Source: Pseudomonadota bacterium (lineage in GTDB: Bacteria > Pseudomonadota > Gammaproteobacteria > Burkholderiales > Burkholderiaceae_C). From it: a DNA stretch of 64,000 nucleotides. Below are positions 61,226-64,000 of the stretch, one piece after another (within the stretch, counting starts at the first letter, position 1; each line of letters opens with the position of its first letter). The notes beneath the pieces are model-generated. The model did no database searches and was not told the origin of the DNA. It worked only from the letters and a program-made list of their open reading frames with translations. The stretch covers positions 30,372 through 94,371 of the forward strand of contig JAZKFQ010000022.1 in assembly GCA_040386375.1 (NCBI GenBank), in the 5' to 3' direction. The position numbers and the translations under genes were made by a program.

Positions 61226-63001
61226 ATGAGCTTCCAGATGTTCGGTCAACCGGTCTCGCGTGGTGTGGCGATTGGCCGGGCCGTGCTGGTGGCGTCCAGC
61301 CGGGCGGACGTGGCGCACTATTTCATCGACGCCGCCCATGCGCCGGCCGAGGTGGCCCGCCTGCGCCATGCCCGCGATACCGTGGTCAACGAGATCTCCA
61401 CGCTGAAGAACGAACTGCCGCCCGAAGCACCGGCCGAGTTGGCGGCGCTTCTCGATGTGCACCTGATGCTGTTGAACGACCCCATGCTCACCGATGCCAC
61501 CCGGCACTGGATCGAGGTGCGGCACTACAACGCCGAGTGGGCCATGACTGCCCAGACCGACGTGCTGGTGCGCCAGTTCGACGAGATGGACGACGACTAC
61601 CTGCGCGAGCGCAAGGCGGACATCGAGCAGGTGGCCGAACGGGTGCTGCGTGCGCTGGCCAAGGAGGAATCCCTGCTGCCGCAAGTCAGCCATGCGCGTG
61701 ACCTGGACGGCGGTGATCCGCTGGTGCTGGTGGCCAATGACATCGCCCCGGCAGACATGCTGCAGTTCAAGGGCAGCGTGTTCAAGGGCTTCGTGACCGA
61801 TGTGGGCGGGCGCACCTCGCACACCGCCATCGTGGCGCGCAGCATGGACATCCCCGCCGTGGTGGGTGCACGCGAGGCCAGCCGCCTCGTGCGCCAGGAC
61901 GACTGGCTGATCATCGATGGGGATGCGGGCGTGGTCGTCGTCAACCCCACACCCATCGTGCTGGAGGAATACCGCTTCCGCCAGCGGGAAAGCGAACTCG
62001 AACGCGCGCGGCTGCACCGCCTGCGGCACATGCCATCGGTCACCCTTGATGGCCAGCCGGTGGAGCTGCTGGCCAACATCGAGCTGCCGGGCGATGCAGT
62101 CAATGCACTCGAGGCCGGCGCTGTTGGTGTGGGGCTGTTCCGCAGCGAGTTCCTGTTCATGAACCGCAACGGCGAACTGCCCGACGAGGACGAGCAGTTC
62201 GAGGCCTACCGTGCTGCCGTGCTGGCCATGGCCGGCCTGCCCGTCACCATCCGCACGGTCGACATCGGTGCAGACAAGCCACTGGACCGCATGGCCGTGC
62301 AGGAGCTGCGGCACGAGCATGCGCTCAACCCGGCGCTCGGCCTGCGCGCGATCCGCTGGAGCTTGTCCGAGCCCGCGATGTTCCGCCAGCAGTTGCGCGC
62401 CATTCTGCGGGCCAGTGCCTTCGGCAAGGTGCGGGTGCTGATCCCGATGGTGGCCCACCGCAGCGAGATCCTGGCCACGCTGGATGCGCTGGAGCGCGCA
62501 CGCCAGCAACTGCAGGATAGCGGCATCCCCTTCACCGACATCGAGCTTGGCGCCATGATCGAAGTGCCGGCCGCGGCCATGACCATGCCGTTGCTGCTGC
62601 AGCACTTCGACTTCGTCTCGATCGGCACGAATGATCTGATCCAGTACACGCTGGCCATCGACCGCGCCGACGAGGCGGTCGCCCATCTCTACGACCCCTG
62701 GCATCCGGCGGTGCTGCGCCTCATCGCCGATGTCATCGCGGCCGCGAACGCCGCGGGCAAATCGGTGAGTGTGTGTGGCGAAATGGCCGGTGATGTGGCT
62801 TTCACGGACCTGCTGCTGGGGATGGGCCTGCGCAGCCTGTCGATGCATCCCAGCCAGGTGTCGTCGATCAAGCAGCGTGTGCTGCGCGCCGACACCCAGC
62901 GCCTGGCCAAGTCCGTCGGCCCTGCGTTGGCCAGTGCGGATCCTGCTGCCACCTGGCTCGCCTTGAATGAGCGCTGGTCGCAGCGCAACCGGCCCGTTTG
63001 A
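61226..63001 (+). CDS. ptsI: PTS enzyme I
   Basis: GGRTSHTAIVARS, GLFRSEFLF, NPALGLRAIR, SIGTNDLIQY, CGEMAGD. Confidence 0.97.
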   Translation: MSFQMFGQPVSRGVAIGRAVLVASSRADVAHYFIDAAHAPAEVARLRHARDTVVNEISTLKNELPPEAPAELAALLDVHLMLLNDPMLTDATRHWIEVRHYNAEWAMTAQTDVLVRQFDEMDDDYLRERKADIEQVAERVLRALAKEESLLPQVSHARDLDGGDPLVLVANDIAPADMLQFKGSVFKGFVTDVGGRTSHTAIVARSMDIPAVVGAREASRLVRQDDWLIIDGDAGVVVVNPTPIVLEEYRFRQRESELERARLHRLRHMPSVTLDGQPVELLANIELPGDAVNALEAGAVGVGLFRSEFLFMNRNGELPDEDEQFEAYRAAVLAMAGLPVTIRTVDIGADKPLDRMAVQELRHEHALNPALGLRAIRWSLSEPAMFRQQLRAILRASAFGKVRVLIPMVAHRSEILATLDALERARQQLQDSGIPFTDIELGAMIEVPAAAMTMPLLLQHFDFVSIGTNDLIQYTLAIDRADEAVAHLYDPWHPAVLRLIADVIAAANAAGKSVSVCGEMAGDVAFTDLLLGMGLRSLSMHPSQVSSIKQRVLRADTQRLAKSVGPALASADPAATWLALNERWSQRNRPV

Positions 63002-63718
63002 GCAAGGCAAGCCAGGGCGAGTTGTTCCACCCGGCGCATCGCCAGCACGGGCATTGGCGCCAGCGTTGCGCCTGACAAGCGTGCCCGGGCGTCCCGGCTA
63101 GCCGCGCACTGCCGTCGCTGCTCGTTCGAGAGCGCCCGGCGTGTGCATCGAAATGATCGTGCTGTTGCGCCAGTGGCTGGGCGGCAGGGCTGCCATGACC
63201 GACACGCCACGGGCGCGAGCCTCTGGCCTTGGTGCTTTGGATGGTTCGCAGGCCTTTGTCGACTGCGGTGGCTGGTGAGCCGCATCCGGGTGCATCCACG
63301 CCGGTGGAGCAGCCTTGGCGATCTGTGGTGCGCAGATGTTCAGCCCGGTAGCGGGGAAGGTGATGGCGATGGACTCCATCAAGGAGCGCTGGCTCGGTGT
63401 CTGACGTGCTGGATGGGTGCGGGCCGAAGGCGTTGGCTGTCGCGGCGTGCGGCCGATTGCTCAGGTGCGCGAGCTCAGTGGCGGCCTGCACCGCCACGAT
63501 GTCTTCACAAGCGCAGGAACATGGGGCCGCTGCAGCAGTTCGGCTAGGGGATGCGCCGACCGGCGCCTCCTCGCGATCCTTCTCGATCAGCCCGGTGAAG
63601 GCCGCAGGCATGACCTCGACGACCCGCAGGGCTGTGTCTTGAGGGACCCAGAACCTGCGGCGGTTGTGGACCGGGCCTTGCGGACTGCGCAACCTGAGGC
63701 CTGCTCGATCACGCCGTG

Positions 63719-63941
63719 GTGGACGCGCCGGCGAACTCTGCTATAGTGGAGGGCTTCGCTGCTAGCGAACGGGGCGACACATAGCTCCTGCCGCTAGCAA
63801 GGAGCAAAAATTTTGGTTCAGGGGTTTACACGGCTTTCAGAGCGTGCCAGAATCAAAGGCTTCACCGGTGGCAAGCGGGCTGAAAGGCAGCGCAGAAACT
63901 AGTAAAAAGCGGTTGACAGGATTTTGAGAAGAATCCATAAT
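63719..63941 (+). promoter_or_regulatory. Tandem rRNA operon promoters
   Basis: GTGGAC-17-TATAGT (63719-63747), TTTACA-17-CAGAAT (63825-63853) and TTGACA-17-CATAAT (63913-63941), the last two preceded by A-tracts. Confidence 0.8.
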
Positions 63942-63984
63942 ATCGCTCCTTCGTTGAGGGCTGTAGCAAATTCAGCCGCAACAA

Positions 63985-63996
63985 GTTCTTTAAAAA
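63985..63996 (+). promoter_or_regulatory. rrn leader boxA antitermination element (16S gene expected beyond the window)
   Basis: GTTCTTTAAAAA just downstream of the last promoter. Confidence 0.75.
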
Positions 63997-64000
63997 TCAA

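Noticed and set aside
63300-63400. Faint resemblance of translated fragments (HRHHLPRYRAE; ESIAITFP...IC) to IS1595 or IS256 transposase motifs
   Set aside because: Too short, in different frames, and no terminal inverted repeats or target duplication were seen
63942-64000. rRNA gene
   Set aside because: Only promoters and leader boxA are present; the 16S sequence does not begin within the window

Overview
High-GC betaproteobacterial chromosome segment. Protein sequences and the dac-dat-ybeD-lipB-lipA, ruvAB and pts context point to Burkholderiales, probably the Rubrivivax/Ideonella group (inference). Bases ~1-28.3 kb are part of an anoxygenic photosynthesis gene cluster: lhaA-like, ispH, pufCML, pufA, an unexplained 73-aa membrane ORF, pufB, bchZYXC, crtFE, crtDC, crtBI, a PpsR paralog with a degenerate HTH, a BphP1-type non-kinase bacteriophytochrome, heme oxygenase, bchO and bchDI. 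Tandem PpsR boxes sit at the bchC, crtE/crtD and crtI promoters. Next come DUF3422, pobA/pobR, an HD-GYP + PAS-GGDEF-EAL pair, three small housekeeping genes, and an atypical type IV minor-pilin cassette behind a perfect sigma28 promoter. The rest is ruvBA, a two-component pair, phoH-ybeY, hemB, a candidate sRNA, hemJ, the dac-dat-ybeD-lipB-lipA block, a pseudo-histidine kinase, PTS genes and, at the very end, the promoters and boxA of an rRNA operon whose genes lie outside the window. The best candidate for an undescribed system is the phytochrome + probably DNA-binding-dead PpsR + heme oxygenase module inserted in the photosynthesis cluster. All assignments come from motif recognition by eye; no database searches were run.
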